Assembly: GCA_032718475.1 (NCBI GenBank) | Contig: JAUCBJ010008313.1 | Span: 124,001-188,000 of the forward strand | Source of the DNA: Nemertoderma westbladi | Lineage: Eukaryota; Animalia; Xenacoelomorpha | DNA: 64,000 bases | Direction of reading: 5' to 3' | Shown: in pieces, positions 34,630-47,361 of the stretch | Numbering within the stretch: position 1 is the first letter of the stretch | Layout of the letters: every line of letters starts with the position of its first letter | The notes under the pieces: generated by a model | Database searches by the model: none | Seen by the model: only the letters and a program-made list of their open reading frames with translations | What the model was told of the DNA's origin: nothing | Position numbers and translations under genes: made by a program

Positions 34630-36940
34630 ATGTGTTCTAATCCGAATTTAACCATTATATCCTACAATTCGACCGGTTTTGGGTTGGATAAGATTGGTTT
34701 GATTTGATGTGTTTGATTTGATTTGATTGATTCTCTTGTAAATAGTGCAGATATTGTTTGCTTACAGGAACATTTTCTTTTGGAGTCATGTTGTAATAAT
34801 AAGCTAAAGCAGTTTTTTCCTGATTGCCATTTCAGCGCAGTACCAGCCACTTACTTAAATGGTGAGGGCAATAGTAGAGGTAGGCCCAGTGGGGGATTGT
34901 ATTTTATATGGAAGAAATCAATTAGTAAATACGTATCCGTGGTTACAAACGGTTCTAGTAATTCTAGACTGCAGGCGATTGAACTAAAAATTAAATTTCC
35001 TCAGTCTGAGTCTTGTTTATTGTTGTTAAACTTGTATTTCCCGGTGGATGAGCGTATATCTACTTTGGCATCTGATGAGTTACCTTTGTTACTAAATAGT
35101 ATTGAGTCACTTATTTCTAATTCTAGCTGTGCAAATGTACTGCTTGGTGGTGATTTAAATTATGATTTTAGTCGGAACAACATTCATGTAAATCTAATTA
35201 AAGAGTTTATTGAATCTAAATTGTTTAACGTGCTGTGGGATATACAACCGATCGATTATACATTATGTCTCATGCCAATGGTGTTTTTTATAAATCTACG
35301 TTAGACCATTTTATTCTTAGCGACCGGTTGTCTCAGGGAAATTTTGAATCAGATGTAATTCATTTGGGTAACAACCTTTCATGGCATTCTCCTACTTATT
35401 TTAAAATACCTATTAGTGCATTGGACTTGACTGTGCAAAACACATCGAAACCAATTCGATTTAATTTTGGTAGAGCTTCTGATGAGCAACGGTCTCAATT
35501 TAGTAATGATTTAAATTTATTGTTAGAAAACTGCAATTTACCGTATGGAATAGTAAATTGTACTGATGTTAATTGTAATTTACCTGAACATCGTATGGGT
35601 TTAGAAAAATTCGCTTTGAATATATTGGACGCGGTTGACTCAGCAGCACACTGCCTCCCTAAGTCAGGGGGTCCGGAAAGTGAGACCCCAATAAGAACTG
35701 AAATTATCCCTGGATGGAATAGTCAAGTTAAGCCCTTTAAAGATGAAGCCATATTTTGGCACTCAGTGTGGTGTGCTGCGGAGAGACCAAATTCCTCACA
35801 AAGTAACCTATTTTTCATGAGACAGAGTAACCGGGCTCAATATAAATATGCAGTACGACGTGTTAAACGTAATATTGAAACATTGATAAGAGATAGGCTA
35901 TTAAATGCGCCCCTTTCTGGTAATATAAATATTTTTCATGAGATTAGAAAAATGCGAGGTTCATCTGTCGTGCAAAGTACTTCAATCGAAGGGATTCACA
36001 GGAAATTGCTAATAAATTTGCTGATATTTATAAAGTATTATATAACCAAGAGCCTAATTCAGGTAGTGTCAATGATATAAATAGTAAATTAAATGAGTGT
36101 ATAGCAAATTTTTAATATTGATAGTTTTGAGCCAGTTACCATGGAAACCATACACACTGCTTTGCAGCATTTAAAGAGTGGTAAAAGTGACGTCATATAC
36201 GGATTTGATTCAGGCTGTTTGATTTATGGCGGACCTGCATTAGAAACATTAATAGCAAAACTGTTCAATGCATTTCTGGTACACGGTGTTATTTCGAAAT
36301 GTTCTTTGTCAATATCCATGGTACCTATTGTGAAAAACAATTTAGGAGATATTACAGCTATTACTAATTATAGGGCCATCGCAATAGCGTCATTGTTACT
36401 TAAAGTATTTGAGTGGGTGCTGCTGATATCTGAGGGAGAAAAACTGGATTTAGACCACTTGCAGTTTGGTTTCCGTGAGAAATCGAGCACAGTAATGTGC
36501 TCGTGGACAGCAACGGAGGTCATTAATGGAATATATGGTCATATGGTCATGAGGTCATATGGAATAACGTTTTGTCATTTGATTTTTCTATTACTAATGG
36601 AGTTAGGCAAGGGTCGGTTATTTCACCGGTCCTGTTCTGTGTTGTTTTAAATGTGCTGATTTCACGGCTCAGACAGGCAAAAATAGGTTGTTATATTGGT
36701 GCACAGTTTTATGGTTGTCCGTCCTTTGCGGACGATATGTTTCTATTGTGCCCGTCCGTAATTGGCCTACAATACATGATTAATATTTGCAAAGATTTTT
36801 GTAAAGAGTATAAATTACAGATTAGTACTGATATTGATCCGAAAAAAAGTAAAACTAAATGTATCCCGTTCCAGAACACATGGGAGCCGCCTAGTGTGAA
36901 TATTTCAGTAAATAACGTTACACTACCATGGGTTGAGAAA
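34630..36940 (+). pseudogene. LINE ORF2 (APE + RT), Proto2/RTEX-like, frameshifted, internally deleted and 3'-truncated
   Basis: SYNSTG, CLQEH, GRPSGG, GDLN, LDHF, IPGWN..FWH..W, NYRAIA, QFGF, GVRQG, FADD; the D..KAFD segment is missing near 36530; clade call tentative. Confidence 0.85.
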
Positions 36941-36944
36941 GGGC

Positions 36945-38688
36945 TACCCTTTAATTTCGATAATGAACTTTCTAATTCATCGTTTCGTTTATTTTTTGTT
37001 TAAGCAGTAGTAAGGACAGCTTGAAAAGTAGATAATTATATTATATTTTATTTATACTTAAACGTCAAGCTACTAATAGTAAAAAACCGAACCGGTAGGT
37101 ATGTACAACAAGTAAATAATAATCGACTGGAGACCCAGACATGCACGTAATAGTGATCAGCTGACTGCAGACAGGTGATCGGTAGGTTTCGCCCCAATAC
37201 AGCGGGCTTTCTCAGGATGCTCAAGCTAGCAGGACGACAGTAGAGTGAAGTTCCCAAAGGAGGAGAACAGGCAAAGTGTGATGGGGCTGATACATACTAA
37301 CTAACCACTGGGAAGCAGCACCACAAACTTACGCCAATCACGTTTCTGCTTGTTGATAACTGGCTGGCGCGTGCGAATATAGTACATTTCAAGCTTTTGC
37401 AGAATAGGCTGCAATGGGTGCCTAGCAATAACTTTGAAATGTTTAAAAAGCTCGCGCCAGTCAGTCAGCCAACGTGTATTGGGCTCGCCGTGGTGCGTCA
37501 TGATGTGGTTGTACACAGTTTTGCCCTGCTCACTCCCGTCATTGGCTGTACCGTCCTGGTGTTGTCTAACGCTTTCAAACAGGTGTTGGATAGTGTGTCC
37601 AACATATTCCCCCTTACAAGAGGGGCAGGAGAAAAAATAAACGACGTTAGAAACAAGGATATCAGGGACAGGATGTTTTAATGATGGGAGCGACTGGCGC
37701 AGTTTGGAGGTTGTAAAAAACAAACCTAACTGGCCGTGTGCAAGACGTGGGTATGAGACCACGCAACCTTCGAACAAGGAGGTCGGTTGCCCGGCCACGG
37801 TACTCAAACTTACAGATAATGGCCCTGGAACTCTCAGCCGGCATGTTCTCATCAAGGTTAATGACCTCAGAGAGAACCACCGCTGGCACTTCAGTCCCTG
37901 TGTCACTGCCTGTGCGCCCCCTAGCGGCTTGTACCGCAGTGAGCTCATGTAGGACCATCGCATCCGTATATTGGTTATTGTGAAGAATAGACTTCGCTTC
38001 CCCAATAGCAGTATTGAGTTGGGAACCATCCCCACCCTTACTGACGTTAAATATACGATGGAACATTCCACGAACCACACCGAGTTTGTATGACTCAGGG
38101 GGGCACGCAGTAGCATTCAGGACGAGCCCAGTATCTGTAGGCTTGCGGTACCACGCAGTTGAAAGTGCGCGACTCATATGTGTCACAACCATATCGAGAA
38201 AGGACAAGCGACCCTGTTCCTCCAACTCAAGGGTAAACTTGAGATTCGGATGGAGGTCGTTGACCTCCCTCAACTTTTCAGTGGGGTCGTTACTTCCAAC
38301 ACTGAACACGTCATCGACGTACCTCGTACTGAGCTTGGTCCCCACAGTGATCTGCTCGTCAAACCGTGAGAGAAAGACGTTGACGAGTATGGGACCCAAA
38401 GGGGACCCCATAGGGACACCATCTTTCTGACAGACGTAGTTGCCATGGTGATCTAGGAAAACAACATCCTTGGTAGCCAACAGCATCAGACAAATAAATT
38501 GGTCCTTGCTGATTGGCTGGGTGTCAGGATGTTGCTCATACAGTAGATCAGCAGAGAGCTGCACCGCCTCCCTTAGTGGGATGTTAGTGAATAAACTCAC
38601 AACGTCCAGTGCGTAGAGACGGTCCGTGGGTTCTACATCCAGTTCAGCGAGAAGACTGGCAGCAGCCCCAGCACTGTTAGTCGATATC
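36945..38688 (-). mobile_element. Penelope-like element, 3' part (RT plus GIY-YIG endonuclease)
   Basis: LDVVSLFTNIP, GVPMGSPLGP, RYVDD, LSFLD, WYRKPT; NVVYFFSCPSCKGEYVGHT...H...LE..YI..IN; frameshift near 37710; left boundary approximate. Confidence 0.92.
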
Positions 38689-39852
38689 TGTAAAAGCTTT
38701 TGCGGAATTAGCCGGTTATTTTCCCCGCAAAGTACTCTGTAGTTGGTTTAACAGGCATAAAAAGCCGTATCCTTACTGTACTGGTGTTTTAGTGGACATA
38801 AAAAGCCATTTCTTCTGTATGTGTACTTTAGCGGACATAATTAGCAATTCTATGTCGCAATACGCTAAATCCTCTTGAAACAGTGTAGTTACTATGACGA
38901 CAGCTAACAGCTGATCTGTACACGTGTAGCTTTTTCCTTGTTCTCTGGTGTTTCTTTGTTTGGTCAACCAATCAGAGCGATTCTCTTGCTTTTTGTACAG
39001 AAACCTCCGGGAAATCGCGCAATGCATTACGGGTCAATGTTTACCTTTTTTCCTGAGCCCAGAAGACCGGCTTTGGAATCTCTGTGTTTTCAGGCTTTAG
39101 CCCAACATTAGTAGGCTTAATTATAGAACGTATATCTGTTATCTAATCAAACATACCATAACATATCATAACAATTCATACCTTAACATTTTTACTGCTA
39201 TTTACTGTCGGTTATTCATTATATCAGTTGATGGAATATTATTATATTTGGAATATCGATAAATAATTACAAAACCCTCAATCTTCTTGATATACTGAAG
39301 GTAAGAGAGACCGGTTACATATAACGATTGCGACTTACATTAAAGTGGTTTTGAAGTGAATCTAATGCTATTTCATAGGCACTACATGTATCGGTTGTTG
39401 TTCTCTTTATATGTGACTAAAATTAGTGAAGGTCGGCAGATCGGTGTGCAGCATTGTGCAGTAGTGTGTATGATAGTGACTGATAACAAAGCATCTCCTA
39501 AAGAATGCGCTATATACGTGAATCCATAGCCATCCCGTTGTGTCTAGTTTAAGTCATAACTCTGTTTACATATTTAGAGCACCACGTCCTAAAGGAACTG
39601 TTAATATTTCCCGAAAGTGAATAATATTTGTCAGAGATTATATATTACGATCAGTCGAATAATACAGTAGGCCTACACCGCAATAAGGTTAGGCTTCCGA
39701 ATATCCAGTCTCCCGGGTATATCCAGCGGGTGAATGGTCGCGTATAGACTGGCTTTGGCTAATGTAGTGTATCAAATACTCGTCATAGGCTAAAGTCAAT
39801 TTATTATCTAGAAGACATCCAAATTTGGCAGGTTAAACTGCTAAATGTCTGA
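38689..39852 (+). repeat. 5' LTR of BEL/Pao C (lacks the last 11 bp)
   Basis: About 98% identical by eye to 61443-62615; similarity stops after GTCTGA. Confidence 0.92.
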
Positions 39853-40146
39853 TCAATAACAGATATATACGTACAATCAGAAAATATAGTTGTCTATTGT
39901 TCTGGTAAGAACAATAACAGATATTGATTTCAGATTGCAGTGTAGGCAATAAAATGCAGTTTAATATTGTTCTGGTAAGAACAATAACAGATATTGCTTC
40001 TTTATTGCAACGTAGGCAATAAAGCTGAAGTACCGGTCAACCGGTACCCAGTAGGCCTGACTACCTAACCACCTGGACTGGTACTTACAGCAGTACAGGT
40101 ACAGCAGTATTATTCGATTGTGATATTGTATACCGGTAGGCCTTAA

Positions 40147-41716
40147 CCCTATTAGTACCGGGCTATAAAATGTTGTACAAATACCGGGAGGGGGTCATAT
40201 TGACCCCCCCCCCCCCCCCTCTAAAATCTACAAATATTTACGAAAACGTCTGATTTTTTGTTTGTACGTAGGTATCCGACCGGATCGGTATCTGGATCCG
40301 ACCGAAAAAAAAAATTTTCGAAAAAATGTACTGGGGTGGTTATATTGCAGCACCAAAATTACAAGTAGTGCACAATTTTCACAAAATTTGAAAGTTACAT
40401 TTTCGGCTATTTATTTTTCAATACAGGTTTTCTGGGGTGCAAAATACATTTGGAAAATATTTAAAAATGATATGATCACTATAAATGGTTGTTTAGTCCT
40501 CTCTGCGTAGGAAAAAAATGAAAAAATCAAGTAACCAGCACTTTTCAGTTAGAACACAAAATTTTTAATTCACTTATACGATGCTATAAATTCACATTTT
40601 CAGGTTTTCGAGGGCGCTGATTCTAATGGAATACATTTCTAATATGCCAGATCATTGCTACTTGTATTTTTCGGCGTAATTTTCAAATTTTGGTGCTAGC
40701 ACCAAATTTCGTACTCATCACCAAAAAGTACAAGTTTGCGATGTCCAGTGCTGTTTTTATTGATTCCATCGGATTCAGGACCCTCATAAACCCGTATAAC
40801 GCAAGAAACAAGGTGATACTATCTACTTATCAATTTGCATATTTTCCAAAATTTGGTGCTGGCACAACAATTTTCACCCACCGGCGAAAAATACAAGTTT
40901 GAGAACTCTTATGAAATTTTTACTGATTTCATTGAATTCAGAACCATCACAAACCCGTATAACGCAAGAAACAAGGTGACACAATCAATTGATATATTTG
41001 ATGGTTTTCAAAATTTGGTGCTAGCATCACATTTTGCACCCACATCCGAAAAATACAAGTTTGAGATGTCTAGTTCGATAATTATATTTTCCATTGAATT
41101 CAGAACAGCCATAAACCTCTTAAAACGCAAGAAATAAATTGTCACAAGCAATTTTGTATATTGAATGGATTTTCAAAATTTCGTGCTGGCACCAAAATTT
41201 GCACACAGCACCGAAAAATACAAGTTTGATACGCTTGGTGCAACTCGTATATATTTCATCGAATCCAGAACCCCAAAAAACCCCAATTGCGTAAAAAACA
41301 AGTTTCAAACAATCAATTTACAAAATTGACTTATTTCAAAATTTGGTGCTGGCACCAAAATTTGGCACCCATCGAAAAAAACAAGTTTGAAATTTCTAAA
41401 TCAATTTATTTGAATTCCATCCAATTTCTAACACCAAAAAACCGGTGTAAATCAAAAATAGAGATGTTACAATTCATATTTAATGAAATGTAATTTTCAA
41501 AAAACGTCTCAAAAAAAGTGCCAAAAGTAGGGTTAAAAAATGGTGCTATAACTCGAAAAGTACCCAATATTTTTGAAAACGGTTTTCACTACCATGAAGA
41601 CAATAGATTTTTAGGAAAAGTCATAAAATTTCAGATTCCCAACTGCGTTTGTTTCAGAATTATAATAAAAAAACCACGGGATGGGTCATATTGACCCCCC
41701 CCCGGGTTTAATAGGG
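40147..41716. mobile_element. Non-autonomous piggyBac-like element (copy 2, inverted relative to copy 1)
   Basis: TTAA|CCCTATTA...TAATAGGG|TTAA; reverse complement of 17404-18960. Confidence 0.92.
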
Positions 41717-41837
41717 TTAATATTTAATCAGGGACGGCCGCCCTGGTTTTTTATTGAGATTTTACTTATTTCTGTCAGTTTTATTTATTTGTAGGTTAAT
41801 ATTGAGCAGAAGACGTGTAAGCCTGCTCAGATTGTAC

Positions 41838-42417
41838 AGATAATTTGTAGGCTGGACTGTTGTCTGACTGTCGTTAAGTCTGAAGGGACTGTATTGTGTG
41901 TAGAGCGTATGTCCGAAAAAGTACTAGTTAGGAAAGTAGGGGCTTCCAGTGCTGTGAGGTAAACCCCCTCGAAATAATAAGTCGTACTACTCGGTTAGAA
42001 CGCATACTAACTAACCATTTCGGAGTCTGCATATACTGTAGTGTATTTAGGCTTGATAGTAGTCTGCCAGCGTTTGGTCTGTACTTTGTTTGTGTAGTCT
42101 GTACGGGTAGCGTAATATTTCTTATTTAGATAATTTGTAGGCTGCATTGTTGTCTGGCTGTTGTTAGGTCTGAAGAGATTGCGGTGTGTGTAGAGTGTAT
42201 GTCCGATAAAGTGCCAGTTGGGAATGTAGGGGCTTCCAGTGCTGTGAGGTAAACCCCCTCGAAAGAATAAGTCGTACTACTCGGTTAGAACGCATACTAA
42301 CTAACCATTTCGGAGTCTGCATATACCGTAGTTTGTTTGGGTTTGATAGTAGTCTGTCAGTATTTGGTCTGCATTTTGTTTGAGTAGTCTGTGCGCGTAG
42401 CGTAATATTTATTATTC
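41838..42417 (+). repeat. Tandem duplication, two diverged 290-bp units
   Basis: AGATAATTTGTAGGCTG starts at 41838 and 42128; shared core GGCTTCCAGTGCTGTGAGG... Confidence 0.85.
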
Positions 42418-43277
42418 AGAGTTTATGCGATTATTCGCAACATTCATATCGCCAAGTTTATTCCTACAGTAATTGTGCTTGTTGTACATACCGTTATAGT
42501 TAAATTAACCCCTGTACTACATCAGGGCTGCTTGGCATAGGTAAAGACTGGTGATTTTGTGCCCCGGTCACTCCAGCAGATACCGTGGTTCTTTTAGCTG
42601 TACAAGTATTTCTAACTGCTGATTATTTGTTGTATAAGTACTTGTACCTAATTTAGGGTTTAGTGTACAGTGCTTTCCGAAGGTAATTAGTGTGTAGGCA
42701 GAATATTTGTGTTGTAAAGTGGTTAATAGGCACGTTGGTTCTGGTAAACCGCGGTAATTAACTTCTAGGTAGGAACACTCCGTGATACATAACGTAGTAC
42801 TTATAGCGATACGGCTATAAGTCGTCAGACGGTGGTATTTTTCCTATCTGGACAACGCAATATATTTACTACTACTTGTTATTTTCAAATACCGTAGTAT
42901 CCTGTCCGTTTGTAATAACCAGATATACTAACCCCTTGTTAGGCTGGTTTGTAGACTTCTTGTAAAATTACCCTAAAAATTCGTACGTGTAATTTTTTGT
43001 GTTTATTTAGAGATTGTAATCTCACCCCGAATTGTACGTAATTTGTAGTAATAAGTAACTTAGGTAAATTAGAATTATTTGTTTTAGTGTCCAACAAGTA
43101 GCACTTCACTAAGAGCGCACAGCTTCTGTGTAGTGACTCCTTCCCAGAAATAATAACATTTATTTCAAATATTGACAAAACCCATTATAGGGGTATATAT
43201 ATTATAAATCAACTCAAACTGATCTATAAAATAGTAGGCCTGTCATACAACAATTAGGTCTAAATATCAGTATCAAC

Positions 43278-46200
43278 ATGTACCAATTACGCCAGTATCT
43301 AGTCAATAATCCAAACGAACTAAAATTTATTCATATTAACGCTTTAAGTCACGTGAAACACTACAATGATATTAAAGACCTTCTTCAAACTGACCCCAAA
43401 ATAACGACTAACACAATAATCAGTATATCGGAAACTTGGTTGAAACGCCACATAGCATCAAAATCAATACAATTATCAGGTTACAACATTGAAAGGCAGG
43501 ATAGGAGAAAGAAGAAAGGGGGAGGTGTCTTATTTTACATACCTAGTGGCATTAAATACAATACAAGGGGGGATATTAAATTAGGGAACAATAGCACTAC
43601 AACGAATAATAATAAAAGCAATACAAGCAATTATAAGAAAGAAAATAAAAAATATGACTCATTGTGGATCAATATAGGCGATACTCTAGTAGGTGTATTC
43701 TACATACCACCACATGCTAATAATATTTGGGATGACCTGACCGAGGAAATGGAGAATGCTACCAATGCATCTCAAAATGTCCTTCTAATGGGTGATTTCA
43801 ATGTTAATATTCAATCCACATATGACCCCCAATCAAAAAATAACTCTGCATATTATAAAAACAAGCAATTCCTGGAAATACTAACGACATACAACTTACA
43901 AATCCTAAATACCGAGCACCCCACTAGATATAAAGCAAAAACCAGCTCTCTTATAGACATGTTCATAACCACCTCAAATAATACAGATAACTATATTGAA
44001 TGCAATACATTTCCGGCTGACTTTTCCGATCACGAATTTATAGTACTGAAATCCAAACAAGTAATTTCACAACCACCACAAAACACGAAACCAGTATATT
44101 CTACAGTTAAATTCCGCGATCTATCACATTTCAATGAATCTGATTTTCTTAATGAAATTAGTAAAATTGACTGGACGAATAATTATTTTACAAGCAATGT
44201 AGATTACGTTTATGACAACTTCGAAAATAAATTAAATGAAATATATGATAAGCATGCACCAATTAAAACTAAATGCATACGATCTAGCAATAATATCAAA
44301 AGCAACTTGCACAACATATCACTATGGTGGAACTCAGAACTATCATCCCTAAATATTGAAAAACAGCAAAAATTAATCAGGTGGAGACATTCAAAAAGTG
44401 AAAGTGACTTTGCAGACTATAAAACAATTCGAAATAAATTTAACTCACTAAATAAAAACCTAAAGAATAAATATATAAAATCAAAACTAAATGATGCAAC
44501 TGCAATAAAAGACAAATGGGCAATATTAAATAAAATCACTAATAATAATAAAAAAACCGAGCAAACTATATCGTCCTTAATTAATCACGCAACAGGCTCT
44601 ATTATTTATAACATATTACCAATGGCGAACCTACTTAATGACACATATCTAAATCTGGGTAACTTTCAAAGCACTGGCTATATAAAAAGACATTGTACTG
44701 TTCACTCTAGTTTCAGCTTTAAGAACGTAACCGAATTAGAAATATTTGAAATAATATCTAAAATAAACACAAATAAACCAACTGGTCCGTCAATATTAAG
44801 TCCAAAATTAATAAAACTAATTGCACCGTATATTACCATACCACTAACTCACATCACAAACTTATGCCTAACGTCAAGCACTTTTCCTTCTCGGCTAAAA
44901 TCAACCTTTATTACTCCTGTATTCAAAAAAGGGTCTCGAGATGAACCATCTAATTATAGACCTATTTCTGTCACATCAACATTCGAAAAAATAATTGAAA
45001 CAGTCATATATCACCAAATTACAAAATATCTACACAACAATAAAATACTACAAAGTAAGCAATTTGGTTTCAGAAAAGGGTATTCTACAGCAGACGCCGT
45101 TTTATTTGCAACCGAGTCTTGGAAACGCGAACTTAACGAAAAAAAATATATTGCTATTGGAGTACTAGATCTCTCTAAAGCTTTCAACTCCCTCCAGCAC
45201 GACATTCTCCTAGATAAATTAATAGAAATTGGATTCCAATCGAATGCTGTTGCACTTATTAAAAGTTATCTTCTCGACCGCCCGCAAGCTGTAAAATTAA
45301 GCAAAATGTTCTCAGACTGGAAAATTTGCAATAGGGGTATACCACAGGGCACCAAACTTGGACCATTATTGTTTTTAATATATGTCAATGACTTTGCAAA
45401 TCAAATAAATTTGGAAACAATCCAATATGCCGATGACACTCTTATATATTGCTCGCACCCAAATGCACATACTGCAGTAAAACAACTAAACAATCAAATC
45501 ACATATATTAGCCAGCTATTCGCAACACTAGGTATGAAATTAAACTCAAATAAAACAGAACTTCTTGTTATATCCCCATTAAAGAGAACAGACGAATTAA
45601 ATAATCTACATCTTGTGCTTAATAATGACATAATTAAACAATCAACCACAATTAAATATTTAGGCATCATCATAGATAACAGATTATCATGGAAGGACCA
45701 AATAAAAACTACTACATCTAAAATGGCAGCGGCCACATCCACAATACGCCAAATAAAAGGACAATTGCCAATCTCTACGAAATTAATGTTATACAAAGCT
45801 CTAGTCATGCCGTACCATAACTACTGTAGTATCTTAACAGCGACATATAATAATACTCACGGATATAAGGAACTACTGTACAAAATGGATAAGATTCAAA
45901 ATTACGCACTTAGGCTAATCTATAACAAAAAAATACGAGAAACTTCAGGAACAGAACTAAGACAATTAGCTAGGATCCCGCACCTTAACGCACTGAGAGA
46001 ATACCACGCAATACAATATTTCTATAAATACATGTTCAACATTATCCCAGCATTTAAATCATTAAAACTCCCGTTCATCAATCAAATATCACTATCTAAT
46101 AGGCAAATAAATCCACGAACTAAAAAAATAAAAGTTCCAAAAACAACAAACAGATTTGGTCACAACTCTTTTATTGTCACATGCATAAAATCATGGAACA

Positions 46201-46301
46201 ATTTACCTAATAACATTCGTAAATTTGCACTCAATAATAATTTTTTATCACTATTGGAAAATTACTACATAACACAATATGAAAGAAAAGCAGTAACATA
46301 A
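43278..46301 (+). CDS. Intact APE-RT ORF of an L2/CR1-group LINE (1007 aa)
   Basis: SETWL, GGGV, GDFN, SDH, NYRPIS, QFGFR, DLSKAF, GIPQG..LGPLLF, YADD, KYLG, SF...WNNLP. Confidence 0.95.
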   Translation: MYQLRQYLVNNPNELKFIHINALSHVKHYNDIKDLLQTDPKITTNTIISISETWLKRHIASKSIQLSGYNIERQDRRKKKGGGVLFYIPSGIKYNTRGDIKLGNNSTTTNNNKSNTSNYKKENKKYDSLWINIGDTLVGVFYIPPHANNIWDDLTEEMENATNASQNVLLMGDFNVNIQSTYDPQSKNNSAYYKNKQFLEILTTYNLQILNTEHPTRYKAKTSSLIDMFITTSNNTDNYIECNTFPADFSDHEFIVLKSKQVISQPPQNTKPVYSTVKFRDLSHFNESDFLNEISKIDWTNNYFTSNVDYVYDNFENKLNEIYDKHAPIKTKCIRSSNNIKSNLHNISLWWNSELSSLNIEKQQKLIRWRHSKSESDFADYKTIRNKFNSLNKNLKNKYIKSKLNDATAIKDKWAILNKITNNNKKTEQTISSLINHATGSIIYNILPMANLLNDTYLNLGNFQSTGYIKRHCTVHSSFSFKNVTELEIFEIISKINTNKPTGPSILSPKLIKLIAPYITIPLTHITNLCLTSSTFPSRLKSTFITPVFKKGSRDEPSNYRPISVTSTFEKIIETVIYHQITKYLHNNKILQSKQFGFRKGYSTADAVLFATESWKRELNEKKYIAIGVLDLSKAFNSLQHDILLDKLIEIGFQSNAVALIKSYLLDRPQAVKLSKMFSDWKICNRGIPQGTKLGPLLFLIYVNDFANQINLETIQYADDTLIYCSHPNAHTAVKQLNNQITYISQLFATLGMKLNSNKTELLVISPLKRTDELNNLHLVLNNDIIKQSTTIKYLGIIIDNRLSWKDQIKTTTSKMAAATSTIRQIKGQLPISTKLMLYKALVMPYHNYCSILTATYNNTHGYKELLYKMDKIQNYALRLIYNKKIRETSGTELRQLARIPHLNALREYHAIQYFYKYMFNIIPAFKSLKLPFINQISLSNRQINPRTKKIKVPKTTNRFGHNSFIVTCIKSWNNLPNNIRKFALNNNFLSLLENYYITQYERKAVT

Positions 46302-46881
46302 TCACTTAACTATACATTATTATAAAAGTCAGGCTATAAAAGAAGGGAAGGGGGGGGGGTGGGGTGGGGGGGGGGGGGGGCAAGTATGTAAGGTGCTTGT
46401 AATTTTTCGTGTTATTTTATCTATACTGTGTATTGATATTTAAGTATGGAGTACGTGGATATTGGTTTTATTTATGCATGGTATGTGTGGGGTGTGCGGA
46501 AGTGCATGTTTATGCATGGGATGGGCTTGATAATACGGGTTGATAATGCGATAGTACGTTAATAGTTTATGTATGGCTGAGCCTGGCCCATGCACGTAGT
46601 TTTATTTAACCATACACCATACAACTTTAGTTAACTAAGTACGGTTGTAATGTGTACAGTAAATATCTTATTCTATTGTTTAGTGTCGTATTATTTATTA
46701 TTTACAAATTATATTGTGTCAACACGTACATAGAAGATGGACCAAGTCCATCCAGCCCGCTGACTTTGACCTTTTAAACTATCAGTTTAATGTGTAACTT
46801 CGGTGCCATTTCACTGCCTTTAGTCCAGCATGCTGGCTAAAGTTTTAAGGTTAATATATAATTGAATTGAAATTGAATTGA
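43278..46881 (+). mobile_element. L2/CR1-group LINE inserted in the 5' UTR of BEL C (5' boundary unresolved)
   Basis: ORF plus 3' UTR ending in an (ATTGA)n tail at ~46860-46881. Confidence 0.85.
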
Positions 46882-47361
46882 TTGGACTACTGCTTAAATA
46901 ACGGTAATAAGGTAAGGTAAAGTAACCAAGTAACCCCTAAAATTCAGAAATTCAATTATTCTAAAATAATTGACATACCGGTATTTATGATAGGCTTATT
47001 ATATTTATTTCTATAAATTTAGGCTGAAATTATACCGGTATTCTGTAATTAATTCTAGTCCATAATTATACTTATATATACTATAAGTGTAAGCTGTATA
47101 CCGGTATTCACAATAGGCTTATTATATATTGCTATATATTTGCGCTGAAATTACATACCGGTATTCTGTGACAAATCTAGTCTGTAATAATACTTATATA
47201 TATATTATAAGCATACCGGTATTCTAATATATTATATATATATATCACGTTACACTGAGTAACAATATCGGTAATTAATTACTAGGCTAACAGTTGATAC
47301 TGAATAACTAGACTTGATTTAACTGTAATACCTCAGTAGGCATCCAACTGTACAAACAAAC

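Noticed and set aside
38773-39027. Duplicated 84-aa ORF (also 61527-61781)
   Set aside because: Lies antisense within paired LTRs; identity reflects LTR duplication
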